Positions 1 through 13,345 of a DNA stretch of 64,000 nt are shown here, piece after piece. This DNA is from Phyllosticta citribraziliensis (taxonomy: Eukaryota): contig NW_027117352.1 in assembly GCF_038025025.1 (NCBI RefSeq), forward strand, positions 496,001 to 560,000. Reading direction: 5' to 3'. Both the position numbers and the translations under genes were made by a program. Below the pieces are notes generated by a model. That model was not told the DNA's origin. It made no database searches and saw only the letters and a program-made list of their open reading frames with translations. The stretch's first letter is position 1. Every line of letters starts with the position of its first letter.

Positions 1-3000
1 CAGAGCGCAGCCCAGCCTTGTGCTACCGTCGTCTACGCCATGCCGTGTTCGATGCGCGCGCACAGATACTTAGGTCGGCGTCTGCGTCTGCATCTGCATC
101 TGCGTCTCCACCTGCGCGCCGTCCCGTCAAGCCGTCTGGCCCAGTAGTGTTCCCGGTCGAAGGCAGGGCGACGCAGGCGCATTGACAGCAAGGCGTGTGC
201 AGCGGAAGCGTTTACCTGGTCTGCCGTCGACACCCCTTGCGGCCGGAGCTGCCGGGTCGGCGCGCCGCCGTATCGCTTATTTCTTTTGCGTCCGACGCGT
301 CGGGCCAGAGGCGCGGCATGATCAAACGAGGCTCCAGTCCTGTCTGAGGCGAGGAATCAGTGTTGGCGAGGAGGCGCGGAGAAACAGCAGACGCAGGGCT
401 TGGGGGCGCAAGTGCTGCCCGATTGCGAGCCGTCGGCAGCAAGGCTCAGACGTGGTGCACGAGACGAGAAAACGGCACGTTGCGTAGACGAAAAGGGTCG
501 AAAAAGAAGTAAAAGGATACGCAGGTGTAAGCAGCCGTTGGGGCGAATATTCAGCCCGTGCTCGCCAAAGGAGTAGGCGTGCATGGCGTGTCTCGGAACA
601 TATTGAAAAAGCGGTTGAGGGCGCAGAACAAAGTCGTTTCTGGTAAGACGACGACGTTTGAAAAGGTGCGCCTCTGGTGTTGCTTTTTCCCGACCCGGCG
701 GACTGGAGAGACGGCCAGCCAGCCACGCGCGCGGAGATGGACTTTTGTTTTGATTGCGGCATGCGCTTTCTGCTCGACTGGGACTTGAGACTGGGCTGAA
801 TTGCTTCTTCTGCGCGGTCAGCTGGAATTGCTTTGGAGGCGATAGGTATCCAGCTCTCTGGTTCACCCGCAAGCCAAAGAAAAAGAAAGTGTTTTGATGA
901 CGGCGCATGTCCGGCGGTCGACGGGGGTAGTTGCAGAAACCTGGGCTGTAAGTGCAGTGCCCATCTACTTTGGTGTTTCTCGCAATCTCAAGTTGCCTTT
1001 GCAGCTGAACGACTCCTCCTCCTCCGAGCTCTTGCACCTCGACGGCGTTGATCTCCTGCATGTCGACTGAGCCTGAAAGTTCAGGCGCTGAGCCACTACG
1101 TCATTGCTCATGTCTCCGCAGCACCACCCGACGTTCCAAATGAAACGCACTCCACGCGGACCCTTCAAAGCGTCGCGAGTCGTCCCTTTGGCGCTGATCC
1201 ACAGGCGGACCTGGGTCCTGATCGATGTGCGGTGTAAGGTACCGTTCCTGAGCCGTTCCTGAGTCTGGCTGGCATGACGGCCTTCACCCCAGATCCCCGC
1301 CCATGACGCAACGGGATCAACCTGATCGACCTCATCACGGAGAACCTGCCCAACTCAACCTCAATCTGCCTCAGGTACCGACGTCTCCATCGTCATGTCC
1401 TCCATCGTGAGCCGTCGTCCCTCTTTCCCCCCCGCTGACCTCATGCCTGATGTGATGTGACTGAACCGCCTCATCTCACCGATCTCCCGACGCTGGCTGC
1501 CCGCCCTTGACAGTGCCCCACCTGTGCCCAGTTGTCTGTCAAGCGCATGTCAGTCCATCGATGCCAGGGTGGCTGCATGGGCCGATTTCAGACAAATGGC
1601 GGAAGCAGGTGGGGTCTGCGACAGACGCGCGTTGGCGACGGTATTGATGCGATGTGTAAGTTGGCAGACGCCTGCCGCGCCAGATAGGCGTGTAGGGCGC
1701 GCAAGAGGCGAATGCGAGCGATCAGTTGAGTAAAGGCTGGCGCGCATGCTGTCATGCCTGGGCAGAAGACTGGAGATGGTGAAAAAGGCACGCGACCAGA
1801 CTGCGTGTCGTTTGCTCGATGCGCCAGCGAGTGGAGACCAGGAGAGATCACGCCAAAGAGAGCGGGAGTGCTCCACTCCACCCCTCTCCACTCCGCTCCG
1901 CCAGCTCGCCTGTTCTTTCTCAGTAGCCCACCTTTTCGTCGTTCGTCTCCAACTCCAACGTCCTTCAATGACTGCAGCCACAGCGGACAAAGTCCCGTTT
2001 GCCATTGCCTCTCGCCTCGTCGCCCCGCCCATTCAAGCCTCAACCCGCCACCCGCAGTGAGGTCGTTTCCCTCATTCCGCCGCCGCCACATCCATTGCCA
2101 CAGTGCTGCAAAGCGCCACACGCCACCGGCCACGCCGCCGCCACAGCACGTCTCATCCGCGCCCTTTCCGCTCCACCAGATGCTACATTACCCGATCCGA
2201 AACATGGCCGTCCACTCGTGCGCTGGCCGAATTGAGGATACCTGGCACTGTCAACATGGTCCCTACAGTGCGACCGCTCCACTGATGCCCATCCACCAAC
2301 ATGAACCCAACGAGCAAACCCCCACGCTCCCCCACGCCCAAAATGCCCCGATGGCCGATGCGCACCTCCTGTTTCGAAGCACCCGGGGGCCATCGGGTAC
2401 CTGCAGCGTGCGAAAAGGAAGCTCTATCCTCGCGATTAAATGAGCACCAAATGCGCCTGAACAAAGCCATGACGGAACCCATGCGCCGACAAGCAGCAAG
2501 CCACAAGGAACCAAGAGCAACCTCGTCTCGATGCCCACCACCACGGCGGCGGCGGCCGGCCCGGATGCTCGCCCAGGCTCCCATGACAGCATCCGACGAA
2601 TCAAGCGTTTGGCCTGCCTGTCTTTGAACTTGTCCGCCAGCCTCGCGTCCCGAAGAGGCACCCATTGGCGCCACCGCGCCGTTTGGCTCTCACGCTCGCT
2701 GAGCCGCGCATCGAGCTTTTGCTGCTGCCATCGCGATGGGTGGGCGGACGGCTGCTCACTTCGGTGCGGGCTATTTTATTTGGGTGGTAGAGTGCGTTGC
2801 GGCATTTGGCGCAAGCAAGCCCAAGAAGTCGCATCGCAGGACTACGCTGTGCTTCTTCTCCTGGCTGGGGCTGTTGCGTCGTCACTGAAATGCCACCGCC
2901 CTGACAACTGACCTGCCCTGCCGTCAGCCACTCATCTCGCCAGCTCTCAGCAAATCAAACCAATGCGCCGCATACTAAACATCAGTCGCCAACACTTACC

Positions 3001-6000
3001 AATTACCAATCCCCTCCCTTCCACAGGGGGGAAACGAACGAACGCACCAGGCGCAGGGGGCCAAGGGCAAACCCAGAAATAGCGAGCGGGGCCCATCCCA
3101 TCACGCCGACGCCGCGGAAACGTGTCCGCGACGCCGAGTCGATGGGGTATTCCCTGCTCGACCACGTTTGTCTCGCTCGCTGTCTTGCATATGAGGGGTG
3201 CGTGCGTGCGAGCGAGCCTTGATGGGGGTGGCCCTGCTCTGGTTGTAGGTGCCTCTTCGGAGGAGAGCGACGCCGGTGTTGAGTCGACGACTCGGGAAAT
3301 GCGATGCTGCCTGCATGCGGATGTCGGATGCGTGTGGTGGTGCGGTGTCTGAGAGGAGAGGTGGAGGCTTTTGGGTTTGGTTTGGTTTGGTTTGGGGAGT
3401 GCTGCCGCTGCCGCAGACGACGCGGCGGCGGCGGTGGGCGCCTGGAGGGAGGCGAGTTGAGTTGTTGACTTGACTTGATTATGGGCTAGAGGGTGGGTTG
3501 GAGGATGCGGGCAGGTGGACGAGTGCTATGTGTGTCTGCTGGAGGTAGTAGGAAGACAGACTCTCCTTGTCCTCCTCCTCCATGTCCTCCCTCACGAAAA
3601 GATGCCTTGGACAGCCCGGTAGACAAGCACACCACCCCCATCCCCCCAAGCCTTCCACGCCCCCTTCCTCATTACATGTTCCCCCTTCTTCATTCCCTCT
3701 GCCCCCGTGCCCCCCACGTCGCGTTGCGTCGCCACAAAACGTACACTCCACGTGGCAAACAGCAACGACCACAGGTCCAGGTCGCCAACAACGCCTCGTC
3801 AGGGTCCAGTCTCCTCGCATCTAGCCACGCATCGCCTCCCTCTCTCTCTCTCTCTGCTCCACCCGCCGCAACGCGCCCTAGCTCTTGCACGTCCATCCAT
3901 CTCCTCCCGTTTGGAGTGCGATAGGTATCCATTCATGTCACCGTCCGAGCCATTCCCGCGCACAGACGTTGCCTGCTGCTAGGAGTATCCCTACAGGCTG
4001 CCTGCGTGCTGGGAGCAGGGATGCGGGGATGAGGCGAGCAAGCGAGCGAGTGCGCGAGCGAGCCGGGGCCAGAGTAGGCAGGGATATGGCAGGGACAGGG
4101 AGTGCGGGGCAGCGTGCTCCGTGGGTCCGTGTCCGTTGTTCGGGGGGAGGGGGGGGGGTTATTGGGATAGGGATTAGGATACCGGTGGGGAGTGTGAGAT
4201 GAATTGGGACGCTTGAGATGGGAGATGGATGGACGGAGATGATGGGGAAAGCGATGGAGGGAAGGGGGAGGGGGGGAGGGAGGTAGATGAGGGATACCTA
4301 GAGGGGGTGGATGGGAAGGGGAAGAGAGACGGCAAGTATATCTACAGTACATACACGCTTTTCTCAACTGTCTTCTTCTGGGTAGCAGAGCTTGGACAGA
4401 CAGACAGGCAAGTAGAGAGAAGAAAAGCGGCGCGGGCTTTTAATCCGTCCAGTCGTTTCCTGTCTCCCAAGAAACTACCACATCAGCTCTCTTCAACCCC
4501 TAGATGCGCATGTATGTAGCAGCGCACGACGACAGCGGCGGCGGTGTGCAACGTTCCGCCCGTATCGCGCGCACGCACGCAACAACGTCAAGGCGCGGAG
4601 GGAGGGACAGCAGCACGGCAGACAATACTCCGTATGTCCAGGGAGTCTAGGGGAGCAGCGGGTGGCACGACGACAGCCAGCCTGTCCTGTGAGCTGAGCG
4701 TTGGCGACGTTGACGTCTGGTCTGCAGCAGGGCGGATGTGCGGTCCTCATCTGCTCTCTGCTCTGCTCTGGCGTTGCAGTTGCATCGTGGCTTGCCCCAT
4801 GCTGTGCGACGCCAGCAGCCCTGTACATGTATGTACATGTCGCTACAGGGTGACATGGATGATGCAGAGAGCGAGGGGGCCGAAGAAGAAGAACGTTGTG
4901 CCAGGCTTGGCTGGACTAGTTGCTGTCGTGTGTCCCTCTCTTCTCTCAGCCTTTGCTTCCTAGATGACTGGAGTCGCCCGTTGGACTACTGTAGGCGTTG
5001 AAGGTGCATTCCCTAGGCATGGCATGATAGTAAAGGGCGGCGGTCAGATGCTAGCTGTGCTGGCACGCAGGCAGCCGCCAACGGCCAACTACCGCAGCGT
5101 ATAGCCGTCTGGATGCCTACTTTTGGCTGGAGATGGACCGGAGGAGGCAGCTCGCTATTCGGCTCGACAGGGGACGCGACGACGACGACGCGCAGGAATA
5201 GCAGCGGTAAGGCGTGAGGCCAGCCGAACCCAAGACGACTCGCAGACAGACAGGCCAACCGCATGGCACGTTTTGATTGTCGCAGGGCCCCGACTCGCGC
5301 CAGTACCCATTGATCCGCAGTGCGTCGCCTCTTGGGTCCCTGGCGTGGTCGCCTAACAGACTTGCCTTTGTGGGCAGTTCCGTAGGAGCGTCAACCCGGT
5401 CCACGGACGACGACGATGATGTCGCTGCGGCTCGTGTTGGTGTTGAGAAGAGCGCGGGTCGCGGGCGAGGGTGTGCGCATCGTTATCTCTGTCGTCGACT
5501 CCAGGTCGTCGTCTGTTGGTGATGCGCTGTCTGTTGTTGCGGCTGTGAGCGGTTGCAGAGGATGCACACCGCACTTTTGGCGCTGGGAAGAGGCAGGCGA
5601 AAAAAGCGCAACGGTAGGGCGGTTGAGCATGTGGGTTTTGGTGGTCTATTGCCGAAAGGAGCACGTTTGGCGCAGCGGACAAGGGTGGCTTGCTGACCGG
5701 GTGGATGGTTGGCGTGTTAACGTGCGGTGCCAGGTCCAGGTCCAGGTGCCGGACCAGGATTGCAAAAAGACGAGAGTTGACAGGAAAGCCACTCGGGTTT
5801 CACGCTGGTCGTGACGGGTCTTCGGCAATCTCGAGCGGAACGCGGTGGGACGAGAGGGCAAATCACTGTCTCAGAAAAGGCCCTTCTCGGCCTGTTCGAG
5901 AGGCTTCTGCAGCATTGCTGCTTTGGGGCGAGTCGTCGACGACGGACGGTCAGACTTGGTGTGTCGCGAACGGTAGTGGTAGAGTGACCTTCACATGCTA

Positions 6001-6615
6001 GAGCAGTGCGTACTGTAGTAGTGTTGGAGACGAAAGACGGTGGACGGCGACGGCGACGGGAAGAGAGCATGACGGCGCAACGGCGATCCTTCAGGCCAGG
6101 ATCCGGGATTGCGGGATTGCAGCGACAGAGCAGAGCAGAACAGCCAGCTGCAGCCACAGCGGACAGTTGAGCGAGGTCAGAGGTTGATGATGGCGGTTAC
6201 GTTTCGGTGGAGCAGACCCTGGGACAGCGACGGGTGCGGCGCAGTCGTTTCCCTCCTCCGTTGCTTCTTTTCGGCCCTCGTGAGCGCCCAAGGTTTTGCC
6301 TTCTCCCCACACAGCCCGTAATCTCGATTGGCGCTGATGTAATGCGCCCTACCCTGCCTGCCCACGGCCGGGGCACGCCCACCCGACATACATTACGAGC
6401 GCATCCTCTTAACCCTGCCCTCCCCCGGCTCAACACCACGCCTCCATACCCGCTCCTCCACCTCCACCTCCCGTCGCCCTCGGCCCGCCTCACCACCCAC
6501 TGCGCCCGCCCTCGCCCTCGCCTTCGTCCTCGTCCTCGCCCTCCCTCCCTCTCCCCATGTCCGCCATGAAGGTCGCATGAGGCCTGCCCCGCCGTCATCA
6601 GACGAGCAAGACGAC

Positions 6616-8035
6616 ATGGACTTCATTGTACGTCCAAGACATGCCACACGCCATGCCATGCCTGCCCCATCGCGCTAGCATGGCGCGCGTGCCCGCCCTT
6701 GTCTCCCTCCCTTTGCTAACTATTCTCCAGATTTCTCTCGCTCACTTTTGTGAGATTCACGGCCCTACCTCCGTCCTGTGTACCCAAATCACTCCCTCGG
6801 CTTGCACCACCTGCCACCCTTGCGACACGCCGCCCGCCGACGATCAACCCCCCAAGCCTTCATACTTTGCCAACTCGTTCGAGTCCCTCGCCGTTCCGTC
6901 ATTCTCCTCTCCCTTCGAAACTCCTCCGACCAGCCCGCGGTCGCCCTACAATCCGCACAATCCCTACTTTCCGACCGCCGACAAGGCCATTGCTGCCTTT
7001 GGCCATCACCTGGGCGACGCCGACGACGCTTGCGAGAGCTGCTCATTCCTCGTCCCCAAGAGCGTCACGGAGCGGCTGCCGGACGGCGCTCCTGGAAGCC
7101 CCTCCAAGGATGGAAAGCAAAACGGCAGCCCCGTCCTCAGGACCACCCAATCAGTCATGGCCCGCGCCCCCAGGACCTCGACCGACGATCGCGACACCAG
7201 CTCAGAGTCATCCGAGGAGCAGTCCCAGGCGTCCACGTCATTCTCGCGCTCGCCCACCAGTCTGACATCATCTCCCTCGTCGCCGCTCTTCGCAACACGC
7301 ACTGCGCACACGCATACCTTGAGCTATCTTTCTACCCGTCAGCCCGTGTCTCCCAGCGGCTACTCTCGCCTCCGCCGAACCATCATCCGGACTCTGTCGT
7401 CTGAGCTCATTCCCCGCGGAGCTCCCTCGGGGCCCATCTACTTTGGCGACCACGTGTTGGGATACTCTGTTGCGTACCTTTTCCGCGTCCCGGATGCATG
7501 TGCTCGTGGGCGCCGCCGCACGTACGCCCTCATTGCGCTGGGCGGGCGCGACAGTTGCCGCGTGAGCAAAAACATTGTCAAGATTACCGAGGAATTCGAG
7601 CGGATCGCCAACGACATTGTCGCCAGGGCCAACAAGACGCTCGAGCAAGAGAGTTGTCTCGTATCGCAGCCACACCTCATTCGCCCCTGCACTTCGGGTC
7701 CTGGCACCATTACTCCACCCCTCAGCAGTTCCGGTGGTAGCAACGCACCCCCTCGACGGGCCAGCGTACAGGTCGCCGCCGGCAGGCCCGAAGTTCACAC
7801 TCCCACCTCGGCCACCTCTTCTCCCTCTCCGCCACCGCCTCGCAGAATTACACCCGTCTCCTCGTTCCTCGCGGCCAAAAAGGTCGACCCAGACGGCTAC
7901 CCTCGAGTTGGCCGGGACCTAATGCGCAACAAAGGATTGGCGGAGATAGTCGGCAAAGAAGATTACTTTGTCGATCTGCACGCCAAATTCTGCGTGCTGC
8001 TTGCAGGGCTCTTGAAAGAGAGCGGAACCGGTTGA
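6616..8035 (+). CDS. LST7: Folliculin/Lst7 family protein (longin-type folliculin domain; Rag/Gtr GAP subunit)
   Basis: 12-nt exon ATGGACTTCATT (MDFI), intron 6628-6730 (GTACGT...CTAAC...CAG), then ISLAHFCEIHGPTSVLCTQ, LRRTIIRTLSSE, GPIYFGD..GYSVAYLFRVPDACARGRRRTYAL and GLAEIVGKEDYFVDLH, all typical folliculin motifs. Confidence 0.9.
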
Positions 8036-10182
8036 AAGACGCACGGTGCCAGTACCCTGGAACTTTTACGTTATATTCGCGAGCATGAAAGGACCGTGCT
8101 TCGCATCGCATATTCTGCAACGGCTCTTCCCGCCGCTGCCTATTCTTTCGCTCGAGCTCCGAACCAATGCCAGTGGCTGGTTCAAGGGCCGAGTAATCAG
8201 GGGCCCACTGCTTTGTAAAGCAGGATCGATTTTGGCACGAGCTGCCGAGCAGTTTCCATGGCCTTGAGAGGACCTGAATCTCGTCGAACGAGGGTCCTCC
8301 CTGACTGCAGATTCGTTTCGCACCTGCCGTTTCACCTTTTCCGTCTTTCTGCTTTGTCCTGCGTTTTAGCGATGTCCCTTTGTTTCTCTCCTGTCTTCTG
8401 GCGCGGTGCGGTAATGTCGCTTTTGCTTTTGAGACGGCCTATCTCATGACGCTGCTCGCACCTTGCTTCCACTCGAACCCTGCCCTCTTTTTCTCCACGA
8501 TACCCCCTAGCTCTTTGTCTTTGTCCCCTCGAGTCGCGCGTGGTGGTATTCTAGAGCGTCGTTGTTGCTGCTCAAGAGAGAATGTGGGACTTGAGATTGT
8601 CGCCTGCAACCTTGCGAGATGTCTGCCTTTTTCTGCTTTCGACTTGATGACGGGCCTGATGACTCTGCTTTGCTTACAGTCAACGACGGGTGGAATCTGC
8701 GGTTGCTTTTTGTCTTTTCGTTCGAGGTTGTTTACCATCTCTTGTACAAGTAGTCAGCGTTTCGTTGGGTTGGCGTTTTTCGGTCGTCGTTTTCCTTGCT
8801 TTGGCCCGTGGCGATATACCGCTTGCTTTTGCCTGAACGGCCTTTGCGTTGGCCTTGGTTTTGGGGCGTGGATGATGGAATCGGGGAATGGTGGTAATCG
8901 GCGGCGGCTCTACTCCGCTGCTCTGTAGATGCTGAATCCTAAGACCTACACAGCTCGATTTACTCTCGATCGCTTGCTTGTGATTGATCATCTCGTCTGG
9001 AGAACACCACGGCAGGACATTCGTGTAGACTGGACTTGAGCCGGAAGAGATGGGAGGTGCCCCCCAAAGGCCACTAGTAATTACTACGGATATTCCTTCT
9101 CCCTCTTTGCACCTTGATGTCCGCCATCAACCAAAATACACCATAAGCAATTCAACAATACCACACGTGCCCGACTGCCGCATCCAGATGCCGGTCTCAT
9201 CAACAGCATGCGTAGTGCTGAGATGAGATGGGTCAAAATACCATCCAACCCGAGACAATGACACTAAGCCGTTGAGTCATCCCATCCATCGATCCCGCCG
9301 TCCTCGCAGCGCCAGCCAGCGTGACGGTTCGGGATGGATTAGTCTAGCTCATCCCACATGCTCCAACTCCGAACCATGAAGGGAGGGAAGAATACACTAC
9401 GCCCATCGTGCGTCGCGCATGCATGCATGAGTGGTTTATTCTGCTGCTTTGCGAATTGCTAGTGCGCGTACTAGTTGGCAACTACGGTAGGTTGTAGGCG
9501 GCAAGCTTCCTTTGTGGGAAGACTTGATGCGCCGCGCGTGGGCGGGTTGGTGGTTGGTTGCAGGTACCTAGTGGTGGACGGGAAGATGGAAGTGACTTAC
9601 TATGTACAGTACTTGGGCTGATGCCGTCGGGCTGGTTCGGTTCCGTGGAGAAACCAATCCAAGTCGTTGGTTTGTCGCTTATCTGCATCCATGTCCATGT
9701 CGGGTCCCTGCCCGGGCCCGTCTGCGGTGTCGGTGGTGCTGGTGCTTGGCGTCTCACGTGTCGCTCACCGAAAATGTGAGTCAGGGTCCACGGTCCGATG
9801 TTGCTCCGACACCACCCACCACACAGGACGGGCCGAGGACAGGCCGGCCGATGACTGCCGTGGCAGACTTCTGACCGGCTGGCAGTCGACAGCACACTGC
9901 CCCGTACATGTGAGCACGACGGACGACTACGACTACGACTGAGCCAGCATGTCTTTGACGACGGCCGCGATGGCATGCGTTTAGGGTGCGTTCAACGCCT
10001 TTTTCTTTCTTTCTTCTCGCTGTGTCGCATTGCTCGGGGATGCGTCATCAGCAGTCTGCCTTGACATGCGTAGGGCGCGGGCAGTGGGGATGCTGTGAGG
10101 ATGTCGCGCCGATACGGGATACGGAGAGGATGGTGGGAGGTGTTGGCTGTCGAGAGCGAGCGCTGCTGCGAAGGCTGCGACG

Positions 10183-10189
10183 TATAAAA
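10183..10189 (+). promoter_or_regulatory. Probable TATA box of the SPT10-like gene
   Basis: TATAAAA about 165 bp upstream of the ATG at 10352, in GC-rich surroundings. Confidence 0.5.
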
Positions 10190-10351
10190 GGAGCGTGGCT
10201 GACTGACTGAGTGAAGGCGACATCTTTGTGCAGTGTATTTTCACGTCCGCGTCGTTTGCAAGTTTTCATTCCGAGTCATCTATTGTCCGTCTGTCCCTGG
10301 CTGGCTGCCGACATCTATACGCATTGAAAGAGCAAGGAAAAGAGAAGCATT

Positions 10352-12444
10352 ATGCCTGCCATCCTCGACGACCCCTCGACCCCAACCATCTACCGCCAGT
10401 CTGGCGCCGCGCCCTTCCCAGATGCCTCGACGCCCCTGCCCGCGTCCATCGTGTCCAAGCCCGTGATGCTGCGCGACCGCACGACCAAGGCAACCCTGAT
10501 TCCGTTCGGCTCGGCCGACCGCGTGCCGCTGTCGTTGGTCGAGTACCTGTGCGCGCAGATGAACAGCGAGATTGAGCGCGGCGACACGTACCCGATGATG
10601 GCGCCGTTCAGCGTCGAGGCGTTTGGCCGCTACTGGTTCCAAAACTTTGCCGCCGTCATGGTGCTCGGCGACGTTGCGGACGACGGGCAGGGCGCGCTGT
10701 GGCGCTGGGAGGCCGACGGTGCTGGATGGGACAAGCTGTGTCTGGGCAGCTTTTACATCAAGCCAAACTACCCCGGCCGCAGCTCGCACGTCTGCAACGC
10801 GGGATTCGTCGTCACCGATGGCGCGAGGAATAGGGGCGTGGGCAAGCTGATGGGCGAGTGCTACTTGGAGTGGGCGCCGCTGCTGGTACGTTTGATTCCG
10901 TCAACAACGCAACGTTTACTCATGAGTCGACTCGTTCTCCGCAGGGCTACACGTATTCCGTCTTCAACCTCGTCTACGAGACCAACGTGGCGTCGTGCCG
11001 CATCTGGGACGCGCTGGGCTTCAAGCGCATCGGCCGTGTTCCCGGCTGCGGCAACCTCAAGACTCAGCCCGAAGGCCACTTTGTCGACGCCATCATCTAC
11101 GGCCGCCACCTGGGCTACAACAAGGAAGACGCGGACGACGAGCGCCGCTTCGAGCGCATCAAGTATTACCTCTTGACGGGCAAGTATCCGGGCGACGCTG
11201 ATTCCGCCGAGAAGAACAGACTCCGAGCCGCAGTGAGGAACTACACGCTTGTCGAGGTGGGCGATGGCGACGGTGACGACGCAAACACCAGGGCGGCGGC
11301 CACCGCTGCAAGGCCAACTCCTGGCATCTCTTCCATCTCGACCGACGCAGGGACCCGACGCGTCAAGCTGATGCTCGGTGACAAAGAGGTGATTTCGGAT
11401 CCGCGGCAGCAGTACGAGATTGCGCGGCAGTTCCACCGTAGCGGCGGTAGCATCATCAACAACAATGGTAGCAATCACAACAGCAACAACAACCACGGCA
11501 GCAACAGTAACAATGACAATGCCGGAGCCCTTGCTGGAGGGAGCCACCACGCGGGCATCAATAAAACGACGGCCAACGTGTCGGAAAAGTACCACTGGAA
11601 CCGCATCAAGGGCACCGTGACGGACGTGATTGAGAACTGTGCCGAGTGCGGTGAAAAGGTGCGCAAAAAGGCGCAGCTAAAGTCTGCCATTGCGTCCTCT
11701 TCTGCCACTGGTGGCGGTGGTCAAATTGCTGCTCCCCCTCCTGCGTACAAAGCCGCTGCAACAGACACAACCATGACGAACCCTTCTACTGCTGCGGATG
11801 GTGCTGAGCAAAATGCACTGTATAATTCTTTTGATGCTGGTGGTGGTGGTGTCTTTGCCAGCAGTGCCGCCGACGCCTCTTGTCCTCCTGCTTCTGCTTC
11901 TGCTCCCACCGCTTCTCACCTGTCCATCTCGCAACTCGGCCACAACACGGCTCCCAATGGCTTCGCCCCCGCGTCTACATCTCCCGTCGTCGAGCCCGAC
12001 CCGGCGTTGCCGCCGCCACTGCATCCGCCCATATTGTCCAACTCCACCACTACCGCCGCTGGCCCGCACCAAGGCGCCTTCGGTCACGAGCATCACCAGC
12101 AGTACCCCTATCCGCAGCATCAGCACCAGCATCACCACGACCCGCCGCCGCCACCACCGCCGCAATTCTTCTTGAGCGCCACGACTGCGACAGGAGGAGC
12201 GGTGCACGGCGGTAGCAGCGAGCACCCGCAGGGCTCTCCTTACGCTCACCCCCTCCATCTCGACCCTCAGATCCACTACCGCCCGCCTGACATGTCTCCC
12301 TCGTCGCCGTCAGACGTCGACGCGCAGCTGGCGCACGCTCTGGCGCATGACCTTGCCCGCGACGATTCATCCGCGGCTATGGCGCTTGATCCGAGTATTT
12401 TGGAGGCGGATGTGGATGAGGGGGAGCGTGGGGGGTTGGGGTAG
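10352..12444 (+). CDS. SPT10: Spt10-like GNAT acetyltransferase with C-terminal H2C2 zinc-binding domain
   Basis: EIERGDTYP, GSFYIKPNYPGRSSHVCNAGFVV..RNRGVGKLM; intron 10886-10944 joins WAPLL to GYTYSVFNLVYETNVASCRIWDALGF; then HHAGINKTTANVSEKYHW..V..CAEC (H2C2) and a low-complexity Q/H/P tail. Confidence 0.88.
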
Positions 12445-13109
12445 GCAGGGGGCGAGAAGGATAGGAGGTGACTGACGGCGGCGACACTTGGATTGAGTAT
12501 GAGGTCTGGCAGCAGTGAGCAAGTCAATGAGTGAGTGAGTGAAGAAGCAGCCGAGGAGCGCCAGACAGGTCGGCAGTCAAGGAGATGCGTTGACGAGCGA
12601 GCAAAGCACTGGCTGAAGGGTGGAGGGGCGTCTCGGTCAGGGGGAAGAAAGAAAGGAGACGGGAATGAGAGCTCGACTCGGACCTGCTCAAAGCGGTGGC
12701 ACAGAGTAGAGCAGAGCAGAGCCTCTTCCGTCTGGTCTCGTCGGCTGTGTTGTCGCACTGATACTTCTGCTACTGTCCCGCCTACATTGCCAACATTGTT
12801 CATCCAAGCATGGAGGCATTGCGGCGACAAAGGCGTCAAGAGCGTCAAGAAAGGTCGCCAAAGGAGCGCGAAGTCAGTGCATTCCCATTCCTCCCTGCCA
12901 TCATCTTTCCTTCAACTAACGCAAGCCAACGCAAAGATTTGTCGATCTATACCAATACCATCATCTAAATAGCTTCCATCCTTTTAGGTTATGGTGAGGA
13001 GATAGACGGCCCGCCTGACACGCTTTTGCTCTTCGCCTTGCTCGAGAAGCTCTCTTCAGGGGCGCTTTGGCTTTTTTTGGGGGACACAATCTTAATCCAC
13101 ACCTCGTTG

Positions 13110-13345
13110 TCTAGAAGCATCGCAATCCACATCTAAAATCTACACCTACGACCCCCTATTTTACTCCCAATCAAGTATATCTACATTACTATTTGTTGGC
13201 CCTAGTAAGTGCTGCTACTATTTTGACCACTCTTACAGCTAGGGTAGAGTACCAGGATAGTACTTGCAGGGCTATCTAAATACTTACAATATCAAGGCAT
13301 CCTATTGTAGAAGAAATTAGCCTCAAACATTTGAGACAACTAAAG
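13110..13345. repeat. AT/TpA-rich degenerate patch, RIP-like relic
   Basis: Abrupt drop in GC and dense TpA (CTATTTTACT, AGTATATCTACATTACTA, CTAGTAAG, CTATCTAAATACTTAC) against GC-rich flanks; judged by eye. Confidence 0.4.

Noticed and set aside
6870..6890. GTTCGAGTCCC resembling a tRNA T-loop/B-box
   Set aside because: Lies within the folliculin CDS and no cloverleaf can be built; I found no tRNA or rRNA gene in the window
11540..11660. H2C2 integrase-like zinc motif suggesting a retrotransposon
   Set aside because: It is in frame with the GNAT domain, which is the known Spt10 architecture; no RT, RNase H, DDE core or LTRs are present
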